Shown in pieces: positions 40,614-50,798 of a stretch of 64,000 nt of DNA (its first letter is position 1; every line of letters begins with the position of its first letter). The notes beneath the pieces were generated by a model, which saw only the letters and a list, made by a program, of their open reading frames with translations, was not told the origin of the DNA and made no database searches. The stretch is taken from positions 173,857-237,856 of the forward strand of contig CBDEUM010000012.1 of the NCBI GenBank assembly GCA_965242925.1, read 5' to 3'. The position numbers were made by a program, and so were the translations under genes. The stretch comes from Roseibacillus sp. GTDB taxonomy: Bacteria > Verrucomicrobiota > Verrucomicrobiia > Verrucomicrobiales > Akkermansiaceae.

Positions 40614-42644
40614 TCAGTTCCTCCCCTCTAATCCGCCTTCCGTTCCTTCAGCCTGCGCCGGCTCATACCACTCGCCGCGCAGCCAATCAACGATGAAGCC
40701 GATTTCCTCGTCGCTGATTTGAGCCGGCCGTTCAAGCGATCCATCCTCCCTGTATTTCGGGCCGAAAATGGACATGCGGTCATTTCGTTTCCCGTAGAAA
40801 CGCTTGTGCGCGGGATTCCTGATGAAGGCAATTTGCCACTCCCGGTTGCCATAGCCCGTCAGATCGATGCCCTTCTCCCCTTCCCCGTGGTAGACGTGAC
40901 AGTCGGTGCATTCAATCGAAAGCAATTCACGACCCTCCTCGACAAGTTCTGCATCAGCCGCATCTAGCACGCTCTGGGCCTTGAGTTTGGCTTCCGCAGA
41001 AAGGGCCACTGCCATCGCGTGAACCTCTTCGGGAGGAAGATCCCCAAAGCTGTCACCCTTGAGAAACTTCAACATCTTGCTGCCTTCCATGAGCTTGGTT
41101 GCGCCCAGGAGATCACGATGCGCGAAGGACTCCGCATTCAGAATATTCCTGGACCACTCACGCCCCGCGAAGCCTTTCAGATCGGAGGCGCTCTGCCTGT
41201 TCTTGACCGGTTGGCCCGTTCCGTCGTGCCCACCGTAAACATGGCAGGAGGCGCAGTTCTTCGCAAAAAGATTGGGCCCCTGGATAAGCGGATCGTTGCG
41301 CAGCAAGCTGATCGCCCCCTCCGGCGGGATCCCGTCGGGCGACTTGGCGAGCACCTTGACCCGGTCGGCTTCACGATGGGCTACCGCCACTGCCGCCTGA
41401 TGCCCGGCACTGGTCCAGTCATGCGTAAAGGCCACCAGCGTGTAATGCACGAACCCTCCCAGCACTACCACGAGGAATACGAGGTTGAACATGTGCCCCA
41501 TCCGCTTGCGGCCAATGAAGGGCATCAGGAAGACAACCGTCGCCACCACGCCCGGAATGACGAAAGCGCCCGTCATCAGGTCGAAGTCCTTGAGCAGGGC
41601 AAAGAGGGCCATGAAATACCAGTCCGGACGGGCCGCGGAGTAGTTTTCCGATGGATCAGCGGGCGCGCTCAGCTCCGTTCCAACCTGGCTCACGAAAAAG
41701 AGGATCCCGCCCATCACCACTGCACAGGCAATGGCATCCCGCAGGACCTGGTCCGGCCAGAAATAAGCGTCCCCGCGACGGGGGCGGGCGTTGTCCTCTT
41801 CCTCCAGGCCTCTCTTGCGCACGTAAAGATAGAGCACCCGCAACAGACAGAGCAGCGTGATCACTCCGGGCACGATTCCCACCAACGGCTTGGAGCCCTC
41901 CGGGAAAGCCTCCCAGTTGATCCCAACCATCACCATCGCAAAACCCATCGTAAAAAGGGAGACCCACCAGAAGGGGCGGGTGGAGGCGGCTGTCTTGTGT
42001 GCCGCCGGTGTGATCCCGTGCTTCCGGAACAGATAGATGTGCAGCACGATGAGACCGATCAGGAGGGCCGGCAGCACCCCGGCATGCAGGGCAAAGAAAC
42101 GGGTGAGGGTATGATGCCCTGCCTCGTTGCCGCCGATGAGAAGCTGCTTGAGATAATCTCCGATGAGGGGCGTGTTCCCCACGATGTTGGTGGCTACCTC
42201 GGTAGCCCAGTAGCCTTTCTGGTCCCAGGGCAGGAGATAGCCGGTGAGCCCGAGACCCATCGTCACTCCCAGGAGGGCGAGGCCAAACCAGAAGTTGAAT
42301 TCCCGCGGGGCCTTGTAGGCCCCGTCCACAAGCACCTGGACCAGATGAAGGACCAGTAGCACGATCATGAACTGCGAAGTCCAGTGATGAATCCCCCGTA
42401 GCCAGTCGCCGCCTTTCACGTTCTCCTGGAGATGATAAACGCTCTCCCACGCCGAGTTCGCACTCGGACTGTAGAACATCCATAGCATGATCCCGGTAAT
42501 GAACTGGACCAGGATGGCAAAGGTCAGGGTGCTCCCCCACACATAGCGCCAGCGCGCCCCGCCAGGGATATTTTCGAAAAGGGCCTCTCGGGTGAGCCGC
42601 CGGATTCCGGTACGGTTGTCGATCCAGTTCAGCAGGTTCTTCAT
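40614..42644 (-). CDS. Cytochrome b (b6 + subunit IV) fused to a c-type cytochrome region with two CxxCH motifs
   Basis: RGIHHW, VLHL, TGYLLPWDQKGYWA, TRFFALH, PDWY (PEWY equivalent), CASCH and CTDCH. Confidence 0.92.
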   Translation of the reverse strand: MKNLLNWIDNRTGIRRLTREALFENIPGGARWRYVWGSTLTFAILVQFITGIMLWMFYSPSANSAWESVYHLQENVKGGDWLRGIHHWTSQFMIVLLVLHLVQVLVDGAYKAPREFNFWFGLALLGVTMGLGLTGYLLPWDQKGYWATEVATNIVGNTPLIGDYLKQLLIGGNEAGHHTLTRFFALHAGVLPALLIGLIVLHIYLFRKHGITPAAHKTAASTRPFWWVSLFTMGFAMVMVGINWEAFPEGSKPLVGIVPGVITLLCLLRVLYLYVRKRGLEEEDNARPRRGDAYFWPDQVLRDAIACAVVMGGILFFVSQVGTELSAPADPSENYSAARPDWYFMALFALLKDFDLMTGAFVIPGVVATVVFLMPFIGRKRMGHMFNLVFLVVVLGGFVHYTLVAFTHDWTSAGHQAAVAVAHREADRVKVLAKSPDGIPPEGAISLLRNDPLIQGPNLFAKNCASCHVYGGHDGTGQPVKNRQSASDLKGFAGREWSRNILNAESFAHRDLLGATKLMEGSKMLKFLKGDSFGDLPPEEVHAMAVALSAEAKLKAQSVLDAADAELVEEGRELLSIECTDCHVYHGEGEKGIDLTGYGNREWQIAFIRNPAHKRFYGKRNDRMSIFGPKYREDGSLERPAQISDEEIGFIVDWLRGEWYEPAQAEGTEGGLEGRN

Positions 42645-42672
42645 CGAGGAAGGGAATCAGGAGTTGAACAGG

Positions 42673-43341
42673 TCACGAGACCACCTTCTTTTCGGAGATG
42701 CCGGCCTTGAATTTCTGGAAGCGGACCCAGATTTCCCCCTCCTCCAGCTTCTCCTGGTCAACTTCCAGAACGTCCAGACCGCGCTTGGCCTGGGTGTTGT
42801 CAGGAGCAAGGCTGCCATCCGTCCGGAAGCTGCTTTCGTGACAGGGACAATAGTAATGTGCCCCATAAGCGCCCTCCCTGCGGTACTCCACTGCACACCC
42901 GGCATGCGGACAACTCGCGCTGAAGACCACTACCTTCTTCTCTGCAACACGCTGGGCGTAAACAAGCCCCAGCGGAAGATCCTTGTAGGTGGTCCAGGCA
43001 TCGGTCTTGTCCGCAATCACCTTGAAGGCCTGAGGAGGACCACCCGCTTCCAGGCTGTCGAGGGTTGTCAGACGTGCCAGAATCCCCCCCGCCTTGCTGC
43101 TGAAAAGCGGACTGAGCACCACCCGCAACCCTACCATGGTGGGCGCCGCCACGATCGCACTCCCGAGCGCAATGCTTAAGAATTCCCGTCGTGGGGGACT
43201 TGCATCCTCGGGAGACGCAGGCTCAACCGGATCCTCTCCTTCCTCTTTCAGCTTTTCGTGCGCCCCCCCATCCTGCACCCCACGAAGCGCCTCAGACATC
43301 GGCACATCGGCAATATCGTCATCTGGATCGTTAATGGACAT
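42673..43341 (-). CDS. Rieske 2Fe-2S subunit of a Rieske/cytochrome b complex
   Basis: Tat motif RREFL + TM helix; CPHAGC and CPCHES; directly upstream of cytochrome b. Confidence 0.92.
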   Translation of the reverse strand: MSINDPDDDIADVPMSEALRGVQDGGAHEKLKEEGEDPVEPASPEDASPPRREFLSIALGSAIVAAPTMVGLRVVLSPLFSSKAGGILARLTTLDSLEAGGPPQAFKVIADKTDAWTTYKDLPLGLVYAQRVAEKKVVVFSASCPHAGCAVEYRREGAYGAHYYCPCHESSFRTDGSLAPDNTQAKRGLDVLEVDQEKLEEGEIWVRFQKFKAGISEKKVVS

Positions 43342-43487
43342 CGTTTGTTCCGAATGATACGGCCGGGACTCTACCGCTAAATCACTTTCATCTCAAGGCC
43401 GCCGCGTGATCGCACGATCTCAACTCTCAGACTGAAGATCTTCCAATGCAGATTCTCTCCAATGGGAGCTCTCAATCCTGAAATCCA

Positions 43488-44802
43488 TCAAATACCCCAC
43501 CCCTTCCGCGGCTCACTCCTGATGAGTTGATCGGCTTCCGGGTTCCCCTTGGCTTTCAGATTCTCCGCGTCCCACTCAATTTTTCTGCTGCTCCGCAAGG
43601 CCACATTGCCCAGCAGGACCATCTCGGTGAGAGGCACGGAATACTCGAAGTTCGAGAGGCAGAGAGAGCCTCCCTTGCAGGCCTTGATCCACTCCTTATA
43701 GGGGTTGTCTCCCACCCGCGGGAAGATCGGATCGGGATCCTCGTAATTCAACTCCTTGCCCTCCGCCAGCACGCGGAAGCCATTCGGGTTCCACTCCCGG
43801 AAGGCGATGGTGGCCTTTGACCCGACGATGAGACTGCCATTCTTGGGCAGGCTCTTCTCCCCTATGATATCAGGACTCGGCTTCTTGCCTCCATCATACC
43901 AGGTCAGGCTCACCGGCGGCTTTTCACCCCGGGCGGGAAACTCATAGCGGATCACGCTCCACTTCGGCGCGGTGTCCTTGTTCACACCCGAGACATCGGC
44001 CATCACGCTGGTAGGCGCACCAAGGTCCAGTGCCCAGAAAGCGGCATCCATATTGTGACAACCCATATCCCCAAGCGCCCCCGTCCCGAAGTCCCAGAAA
44101 CCACGCCATTTGAAGGGATGGTACCCGTCGTGATAAGGGCGCTCCGGAGCGGCTCCCAACCACAGATCCCAGTCGAGATACTCGGGCACCGGCTTGGAAC
44201 CCTCGGGCCGATCCATTCCCTGCGGCCAGATCGGTCGGTCGGTCCACACGTGTGCCTCCTTCACCTCCCCTATGATCCCGGCCCGCACCACTTCCACCAG
44301 CTTGCGCGTGCTGCTGTAGGAGTGCCCTTGGTTACCCATCTGCGTGATGACTTTCTTTTTCCGGGACAGCTTCAGCATTTCACGGGCCTGCCAGACATTG
44401 TGCGCGAGCGGCTTCTGCACGTAGACGTGCAACCCCAGCTGCATTGCCAGCATGCTGGCCGGAAAGTGATGATGATCCGGGGTGCTGACCGTCACCGCAT
44501 CAAGCTTATCGCCGATTTTCTCCAGCATCACACGATAGTCGCTGAAAGTCTCCGCCTTGGGAAACCTCCCCTTCCGGGCGCGCAACGTCCGTTCGTCGAC
44601 ATCGCAGAGCGCGACAATGTTTTCGCTCATTACGCCCTCACTGTCCGCGGTTCCCTTGCCGCCCGCACCAATCACACCGATATTAAGCTTTTCGTTTGGG
44701 GAAACCTTGCGCCCGAAGAGCGAACCGCTGGGTAGGATCAAGGGACCGGCAACTGAAGCGGATGTTCCAAGAAAATCGACGACGGGACAGATTGGCTCTC
44801 AT
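43488..44802 (-). CDS. Tat-exported Gfo/Idh/MocA oxidoreductase (apparent +1 frameshift in signal peptide)
   Basis: IGAGGKG, TPDHHH, VQKPL, QMGNQ, GDMGCH; deleting one base of the run at 44772-44775 restores MRANLSRRRFLGTSASVAGPLILP. Confidence 0.88.
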
Positions 44803-44946
44803 TGATGGCATTCGATGAATTTCAGGACTTGAGGTCAAGCTGTTGGAGCACCGACTCCCCTCACATGAGTCCGCTACGAGGGCAGGCCAGGACCGCCTGA
44901 CAGAATCCGTCTTACCATTGCTCGCCCGATGGAGCCGCTCCACCCG

Positions 44947-45909
44947 CTACCGGGAAAGATTCTTTTCTCCCTCTTCCCCCATCCTGGCCTCCAAGGCCTC
45001 GTTACCACCCACCACGTAGTCACTCCGTGACTCCCGGGCCAGTGCTGCCATGGCACAGCCCCTTTTCAGGGCAAGATCCACCTCGTCCTCCAGAAGCGAG
45101 TAAAGCACACCAGCTGCAAAGGCATCCCCGGACCCGATCGGACTGACCACCTCGGACAGGAAGGCCCCGTGGTCACACAAATGGTCGTCAAGCAGGGCCC
45201 GGGCCCCAAGCGCACCCCGGGTGAGAACCACATTGGCAATTCCAAAATCATCCTGAAGGCGGTGCAATTCGTCGTCGGGATCTCCCGTGCGTTCCCATAC
45301 CGTCCCCAGATCGTCCTGCCCGATGAAGAGCACGTCGATTCCGCTGATGATGGAGGATAGAACCTCGCGGGCCCGGGCCGGCTCCCAGAGCTTGGCACGA
45401 TAGTTCACATCGAAGGAAACCCGCACCCCGGCCTTGCGCGCCAGCCGTACCGCTTCCGACACGGTGTGACGGCAGTTCTCCGAGAGGGCCGGGGTGATCC
45501 CGGTGGCATGAAAGAAGGTGCTTTGCTGCAGGGCCGTCAGATCTACTTCCTGGATCTTGAACGATTCCACCGCCGCCCCCGCCCGGTCGTATGTGATCAT
45601 CGTCCGGTTCCCGCCAAGCCCGGCTTCCACCCACATCTGTTCGTTACGTCCACTCTCGCTCCAGAAGACGGAGGAGACGTCCACGCCGTGGGCGCGAATC
45701 CCCGAGACAATGCGCTCCCCAAGGGATGTCCGTGCCACCTTGGAGTGCCAGGCTACCCGCTTCCCCAGTCGCGCGAGCGCGATCGCGCAATTGGACTCCG
45801 CCCCCGCAATGTCGAGACGGATGCCTTCGCTTGAAAGGAGAGGCGCCCCCGGCTCGGTGGTGAGGCTCAACATCGTCGAACCGAGGGTGGTGAGATCCCA
45901 GGTTTTCAT
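44947..45909 (-). CDS. PfkB-family sugar kinase (KdgK-like)
   Basis: AGAESNCAIALARLG, GITPALS, SFDVNYRAKLW, IGSGDAFAAG. Confidence 0.88.
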   Translation of the reverse strand: MKTWDLTTLGSTMLSLTTEPGAPLLSSEGIRLDIAGAESNCAIALARLGKRVAWHSKVARTSLGERIVSGIRAHGVDVSSVFWSESGRNEQMWVEAGLGGNRTMITYDRAGAAVESFKIQEVDLTALQQSTFFHATGITPALSENCRHTVSEAVRLARKAGVRVSFDVNYRAKLWEPARAREVLSSIISGIDVLFIGQDDLGTVWERTGDPDDELHRLQDDFGIANVVLTRGALGARALLDDHLCDHGAFLSEVVSPIGSGDAFAAGVLYSLLEDEVDLALKRGCAMAALARESRSDYVVGGNEALEARMGEEGEKNLSR

Positions 45910-45982
45910 CTTATGCGAGGTCCACGCTACCCGGATCGTCCATTGTCGGATTCCACCGGAATGAAAAGGAAGGCGTCCGCAC

Positions 45983-47875
45983 CTAGGAGTGGGGCGGGTC
46001 CACCCGATCCAGACTGGCAGGAGCCACCACCGGTGCCTGACGGTCGTCCTGGCCTTCGACCTCCGCCGCCAGCGGCATGACCGCAATACCGGCAGCCGCG
46101 GCACCAGCCAGAAGCTGCTTGCGCTTGTTGGAGTGTCCGAAACGCTCCCGGCGAATGACCAGCGAGTTCCTGTCGTGGACGCGGTAGATCACATTCCGCA
46201 CCTCGTCATCGCGGAAGAACTCACCACCCGCCTGGAAAATACGGTACCAGAGATGATAATCGTCGGCCCCGAGACCAACCGCGCGCTCCTGGTAGTTGCC
46301 CGCCTTGAGAGCAATCTTCGTCCGCATGGTAACCGACGAATGGGGCAGCATGTTGTCGTCCGAGTTACCGGTGAACATGGTCTCCAACGGCTTGTTGGGC
46401 CAGTGCAGGCGCGGGGCAATCTCTCCTTCCTGCAGGGTGTTGAGAAGGCAACCGTAAACATCCACCCCCTTCAGGTCCAGGGTCTGGACCGCCCGCTCAA
46501 GGTAGGTGGGCAGGAGCTGATCATCGTAGTCGAGGGGTTTGTAGAACTCCGTCTCGCACCGTTCGAGAGCCTGGCGGTGCAGCCAACTGCAATGTTCGAT
46601 GTCGGCCTCGAGACCAGTGCATATCAGCGGCAGGTCATAGCGCGCGGCGAGCTTCTCGCCCAGCGACCACGGTCCATCTACCAGGAGAACAGTCTTGAAC
46701 CTGCGGTAAGTCTGGGTCGCGACACTATTGATGGCTTCGTCAAGATAGGAAACATCCACCCCGTCGTGGATGCGGACCCCGAAAGTCACACGAGCGTCTT
46801 CATGCTGCAGTCCGGTATGAGTAAGCCGCGCCAGGACCGGGCGATAGGAGCGAGCGTAGTTGGAACCAAGGGAGAGCTGATCCATGGAGGCGAGACACTT
46901 GACCGGGTCGAGCCTGGCCGCCTTGAGGATGGCACGGTGCGCCACCTTTGCCAGTCGCCTGGGATTGTCATTCCAGTCGATGAGGTAACCATTCTGTCCG
47001 TTCCTGATAAAATCCGCGATGCCACACGTTTTCGTCACCACTACCGGGATGCTGCAGCTCAGGGCTTCCGCGGCGGTGAGGAGAAATCCTTCCTTTCGGC
47101 TATTGCCCAGCAGAACGTGGCAACCCTCCAAACGATGGCGATAACTCAGAGCATTGAAGTCGAGAGGCCTGATATCGAACCGATCCATCACCCCCAGCTT
47201 GCGCGCCAGTTTCATGACGGCCTCCATCGCTTCACTCTGCACCCGGAGAGTGTAGTCCAGACCCGCGGTTTCAGCGCCAGTCCAGGCCCGCACCACAAGA
47301 CGTGGGTTTTCGGCGAGGAGGTAGGGCAGAGTCATCAACCCCTTGTCTTCGAGTGGACGTCCCATCCAACCCACCACGATGCGTCCCTGGGGATCGTAAT
47401 TCCCCTTGGCCATGCAGAACTCGGTCACCGGCGGAGGGAGAATCCCACCATCCACATGATCATTCTCGTCAATCCACTGCCCGTAGCGATCCATCACCTT
47501 TTGCGAAACACCCGCCACCGTCATTCCCCGACGACCCGCATACGCCTTGCTGAAATAACGCCAACCCGCCTCGTCCCAGGAATGGAGCACCAGCGAGGTC
47601 GGTCTCTCCGGCAGGCCCTCAAGGTTGCCGTAACTCAAGAACCACGCACTCGGGTCATTGGGTGCCACCCGGGTGATCTCGCCACACGCGAATCCGTCCT
47701 CGACTGCCCTGTCGAGGAGCGGCGTGTCATCGGACTGGCAATAGAGCGTGGTCCGATCACGAACCCACGCCGGCAATGTTTCAATGTAACGCAAGACCGC
47801 TGTCTGGGCCCCTCCCAAGGCCATATTGTGACTCACGAAGCAGGGAGAAATCTGAGGGAGCATGGTGTGCGACAT
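45983..47875 (-). CDS. Bifunctional glycosyltransferase (GT4-like + GT2-like)
   Basis: GGAQT, GWMGR...DKG, SRKEGFLLTAAEAL, NGYL (GT-B) then EAINSVATQT, LDYDD, DDYHLW (GT-A). Confidence 0.85.
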   Translation of the reverse strand: MSHTMLPQISPCFVSHNMALGGAQTAVLRYIETLPAWVRDRTTLYCQSDDTPLLDRAVEDGFACGEITRVAPNDPSAWFLSYGNLEGLPERPTSLVLHSWDEAGWRYFSKAYAGRRGMTVAGVSQKVMDRYGQWIDENDHVDGGILPPPVTEFCMAKGNYDPQGRIVVGWMGRPLEDKGLMTLPYLLAENPRLVVRAWTGAETAGLDYTLRVQSEAMEAVMKLARKLGVMDRFDIRPLDFNALSYRHRLEGCHVLLGNSRKEGFLLTAAEALSCSIPVVVTKTCGIADFIRNGQNGYLIDWNDNPRRLAKVAHRAILKAARLDPVKCLASMDQLSLGSNYARSYRPVLARLTHTGLQHEDARVTFGVRIHDGVDVSYLDEAINSVATQTYRRFKTVLLVDGPWSLGEKLAARYDLPLICTGLEADIEHCSWLHRQALERCETEFYKPLDYDDQLLPTYLERAVQTLDLKGVDVYGCLLNTLQEGEIAPRLHWPNKPLETMFTGNSDDNMLPHSSVTMRTKIALKAGNYQERAVGLGADDYHLWYRIFQAGGEFFRDDEVRNVIYRVHDRNSLVIRRERFGHSNKRKQLLAGAAAAGIAVMPLAAEVEGQDDRQAPVVAPASLDRVDPPHS

Positions 47876-48185
47876 GGTAAGGATCGGTGAACTGTCGGGG
47901 GGCGCAGAGTTTACCGAACTCGGCCGCCGCTGGCAACAACCACGCGACGTGCCCTTATATTCCTACGGTGGTAATTCAGTCCAAAATATTCAAATTTCGT
48001 GCCAGAACCCCATTTTCCCCGGTTTTCCCCCGCTCTGTCACTACATGAAGTGACTCGCAGCCAACGCGCCCCAACTAGGAAGGATCGTTCTGTAAAATGC
48101 GGAAAAATGTTCAAGTGAAGACAATGGTGCTGTCACGCTGTAGAATTCCTCTCGGCTGATTTAAACTGTTCCCAAGTTCGCCCCC

Positions 48186-50798
48186 ATGAAGCCCTGCCCC
48201 CTCGTCACGGTTCTCTGCCTCGTGTTCACGACGGCAGGGAATCTCGTGGGCGGGGAGAAACTCCACTGGTCCTTTCAGGAACTGCGGAAACCCGACCTGC
48301 CTTCTCCCTCACAGGATGGCTGGGGGCACAACGAGATCGACCGATTCGTGAGTGGTCCCCTGCGGGCAGCGGGACTGGAACCCAGCTCCCGGGCCGACCC
48401 TCTCACCCTTCTCCGTCGCCTCACCCTTGACCTCACCGGCCTCCCCCCGACCCTCGGGGAAATCGAACGCTTCGAATCTGCGGTGGAGGACCAGGGTCCG
48501 GATCAGGCCTACCTTGGGCTCGTCAATCGCCTTCTTGCTTCACCTCATTACGGGGAACGCTGGGGACGGCACTGGCTCGACGTGGCCCGCTACGTACAGG
48601 GCAAGACCAAGGTGGCCGCGGTGGCCCGTACCGACATGGCTGAACCCTACCGCGATTACGTGGTGCGCTCTCTCAATGCCGACAAGACCTTTGACCGATT
48701 TGTCCTCGAGCAGCTGGCCGGCGATCTCCTTGCGCGGGATCCTGCCACCGGGCAGGACCCCGAAGACGAGCAGTCCTACTTGGCCCTGATTTCCGCTCCC
48801 GGCTTTCTCTCCATCGGTCCATGGTTCGCAGACTGCGCCGATCCCAACTCGCTGCGCATGGACATCATCGACGAACAGATGACCACCACAACCCAGGCGT
48901 TCCTCGGCCTCAACTTCGGCTGCGCCCGTTGTCATGACCACTTCTTCGATCCCATCCCCACCCGGGACTACTACGCCCTGGCCGGGATTTTCGGGAGCAC
49001 CCGGATCCTGAAGGAGAACAGCGAGAACTGGCGGGACGGACGCTACCGGTTGACGCAACCCGAGGCCTCTGCGGAGCGGGTCGAGGCGGAACAACACGTC
49101 CGTGAAATCATCGCCAACCTGCGCCAGGACCGGTGGGAACACCTCATGGATGCTCGCGAGGGATTCGTGACCCGGCAAGTCGAGGCCCGGGGCAACTTCT
49201 ACCGCCAGGCTCTCGGGAGCCTCCCTGCCATGCCGAGTGTTCAGATCGAGGCGGAGGACTATAAGGGGCAAAACAACGTCCGCCGGATCGAACTGGGCGA
49301 TGAGATGGTGGTGGAAACGCAGCGGGAACGCCTGCAATGGGTCGGCTGGCGCCCTGATCTTCCCGAGGCCGGAACATACACCCTCCTGATTCGGTGCGCA
49401 GCTCCGGAGTCCTACCGCGTGGAACTCAAGATCGACGGCAAATCCGTGGCGGAAGATCTCGCTCTCCCCGCTACCGGTGGCTGGGAACCCGAACACTTCC
49501 GCTGGGTCAGTCTCGGTCACTACCTCTTTCGCAAGGGGAAGAACGACGTGCGATTCCGGGCACAGGATCACTCCTATCTTCCACGTCTCGACAAACTGCG
49601 CTTTGTCCGCACCCCACCCCAACGGGGGAAATGGCTCAATGCCGCTGTGAAGAAATTTGATGTTAACAAATCGATCCTCTCCGAACTGCAATTCGTACCC
49701 CGGGCCTGGCCCCCCGGCATTGCGGATCTTGAACGGTTCCTCATACCTCCCGCCCTGCCCCGGCTCGACGCAGAAATTGCAGCGCTCCACGACCTCCACC
49801 CTCCATTGCCCCGCATGCTCGCGGTGACCGATGCCACCGAGACCCGGAATGAACCCGTCCACCGCAGCGGTGACGTCTACGACGTGGAGAAGGAAGCCGT
49901 CCCGCGCGCCGTTCCCTCCTTCGCCAGAAACCTTCTCCGCAGCCCGACGATTCCGGGCAACGCGAGCGGACGTCTCCAACTCGCGCAGTGGATAACAGAT
50001 CCCAAGAACCCACTCACCGCCCGCGTGATCGCCAACCGTCTCTGGCAAGGGCACTTCGGGACCGGCATCGTGGCCACCCCGGGCGATTTCGGAATACAGG
50101 GAGCCCGTCCCAGCAATCAACCTCTCCTCGACTTTCTTGCCACCAGACTCATCGAAGAGAAATGGTCTCTCAAGGCCCTTCACCGTCTCATCGTCACTTC
50201 GGCAACCTATCGCCAGAGCAGTGCTCAGGTAGCGGCCAAGGCGGTTCTTGATCCCGATAACAGACTTCTCTGGCGCTTTCCCCGCCGCCGACTGGAAGCA
50301 GAGGCTCTCTACGACTCGATGTTGAGTCTTGCCGGCAAGGTCCCGCGCCAACCCGGCGGACAACCCCTCGACAACAACAGGTCGAAAGACCGGGCGATGT
50401 ACATTCTCACCTCGGGACGCTCCCCGCTGGGGATGGGCATTGAGATCCGCAAGATGCTCCACCTCTTCGGCTATGACCCCTCCGGGGTTCCCGTGCACCA
50501 GCGCGACCATTCGAGGAATGCCCCCCAGTCACTCTTCTGGCTGAACAACAAGCTGCCCCGCTATTACGCCACCAGGCTCGCCGAGCGCCTCCGCGCCCTG
50601 CCCGACCTCAACGACGAACAACGCGTCACGATCGCCTTCCGCATGATCCTCGGTCGCTCTCCCGGCCCAACGCTGATGGAGCAGACCTTCACCTACCTCG
50701 ATCACTGCCGGATCGTGCAGGACCTCGGCGAAACCGAATCGTGGGCCCGGGTCTGTCTCGGGCTCTTCTCCTCCGACAGCTTCAGTTATCTCGAATGA
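48186..50798 (+). CDS. DUF1549/DUF1553 protein with inserted CBM6/CBM35-like domain
   Basis: HWSF, YGERWGRHWLDVARY, CARCH, insert IEAEDY...AGTYTL...TGGW...LDKL, NPLTARVIANRLW. Confidence 0.88.
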   Translation: MKPCPLVTVLCLVFTTAGNLVGGEKLHWSFQELRKPDLPSPSQDGWGHNEIDRFVSGPLRAAGLEPSSRADPLTLLRRLTLDLTGLPPTLGEIERFESAVEDQGPDQAYLGLVNRLLASPHYGERWGRHWLDVARYVQGKTKVAAVARTDMAEPYRDYVVRSLNADKTFDRFVLEQLAGDLLARDPATGQDPEDEQSYLALISAPGFLSIGPWFADCADPNSLRMDIIDEQMTTTTQAFLGLNFGCARCHDHFFDPIPTRDYYALAGIFGSTRILKENSENWRDGRYRLTQPEASAERVEAEQHVREIIANLRQDRWEHLMDAREGFVTRQVEARGNFYRQALGSLPAMPSVQIEAEDYKGQNNVRRIELGDEMVVETQRERLQWVGWRPDLPEAGTYTLLIRCAAPESYRVELKIDGKSVAEDLALPATGGWEPEHFRWVSLGHYLFRKGKNDVRFRAQDHSYLPRLDKLRFVRTPPQRGKWLNAAVKKFDVNKSILSELQFVPRAWPPGIADLERFLIPPALPRLDAEIAALHDLHPPLPRMLAVTDATETRNEPVHRSGDVYDVEKEAVPRAVPSFARNLLRSPTIPGNASGRLQLAQWITDPKNPLTARVIANRLWQGHFGTGIVATPGDFGIQGARPSNQPLLDFLATRLIEEKWSLKALHRLIVTSATYRQSSAQVAAKAVLDPDNRLLWRFPRRRLEAEALYDSMLSLAGKVPRQPGGQPLDNNRSKDRAMYILTSGRSPLGMGIEIRKMLHLFGYDPSGVPVHQRDHSRNAPQSLFWLNNKLPRYYATRLAERLRALPDLNDEQRVTIAFRMILGRSPGPTLMEQTFTYLDHCRIVQDLGETESWARVCLGLFSSDSFSYLE

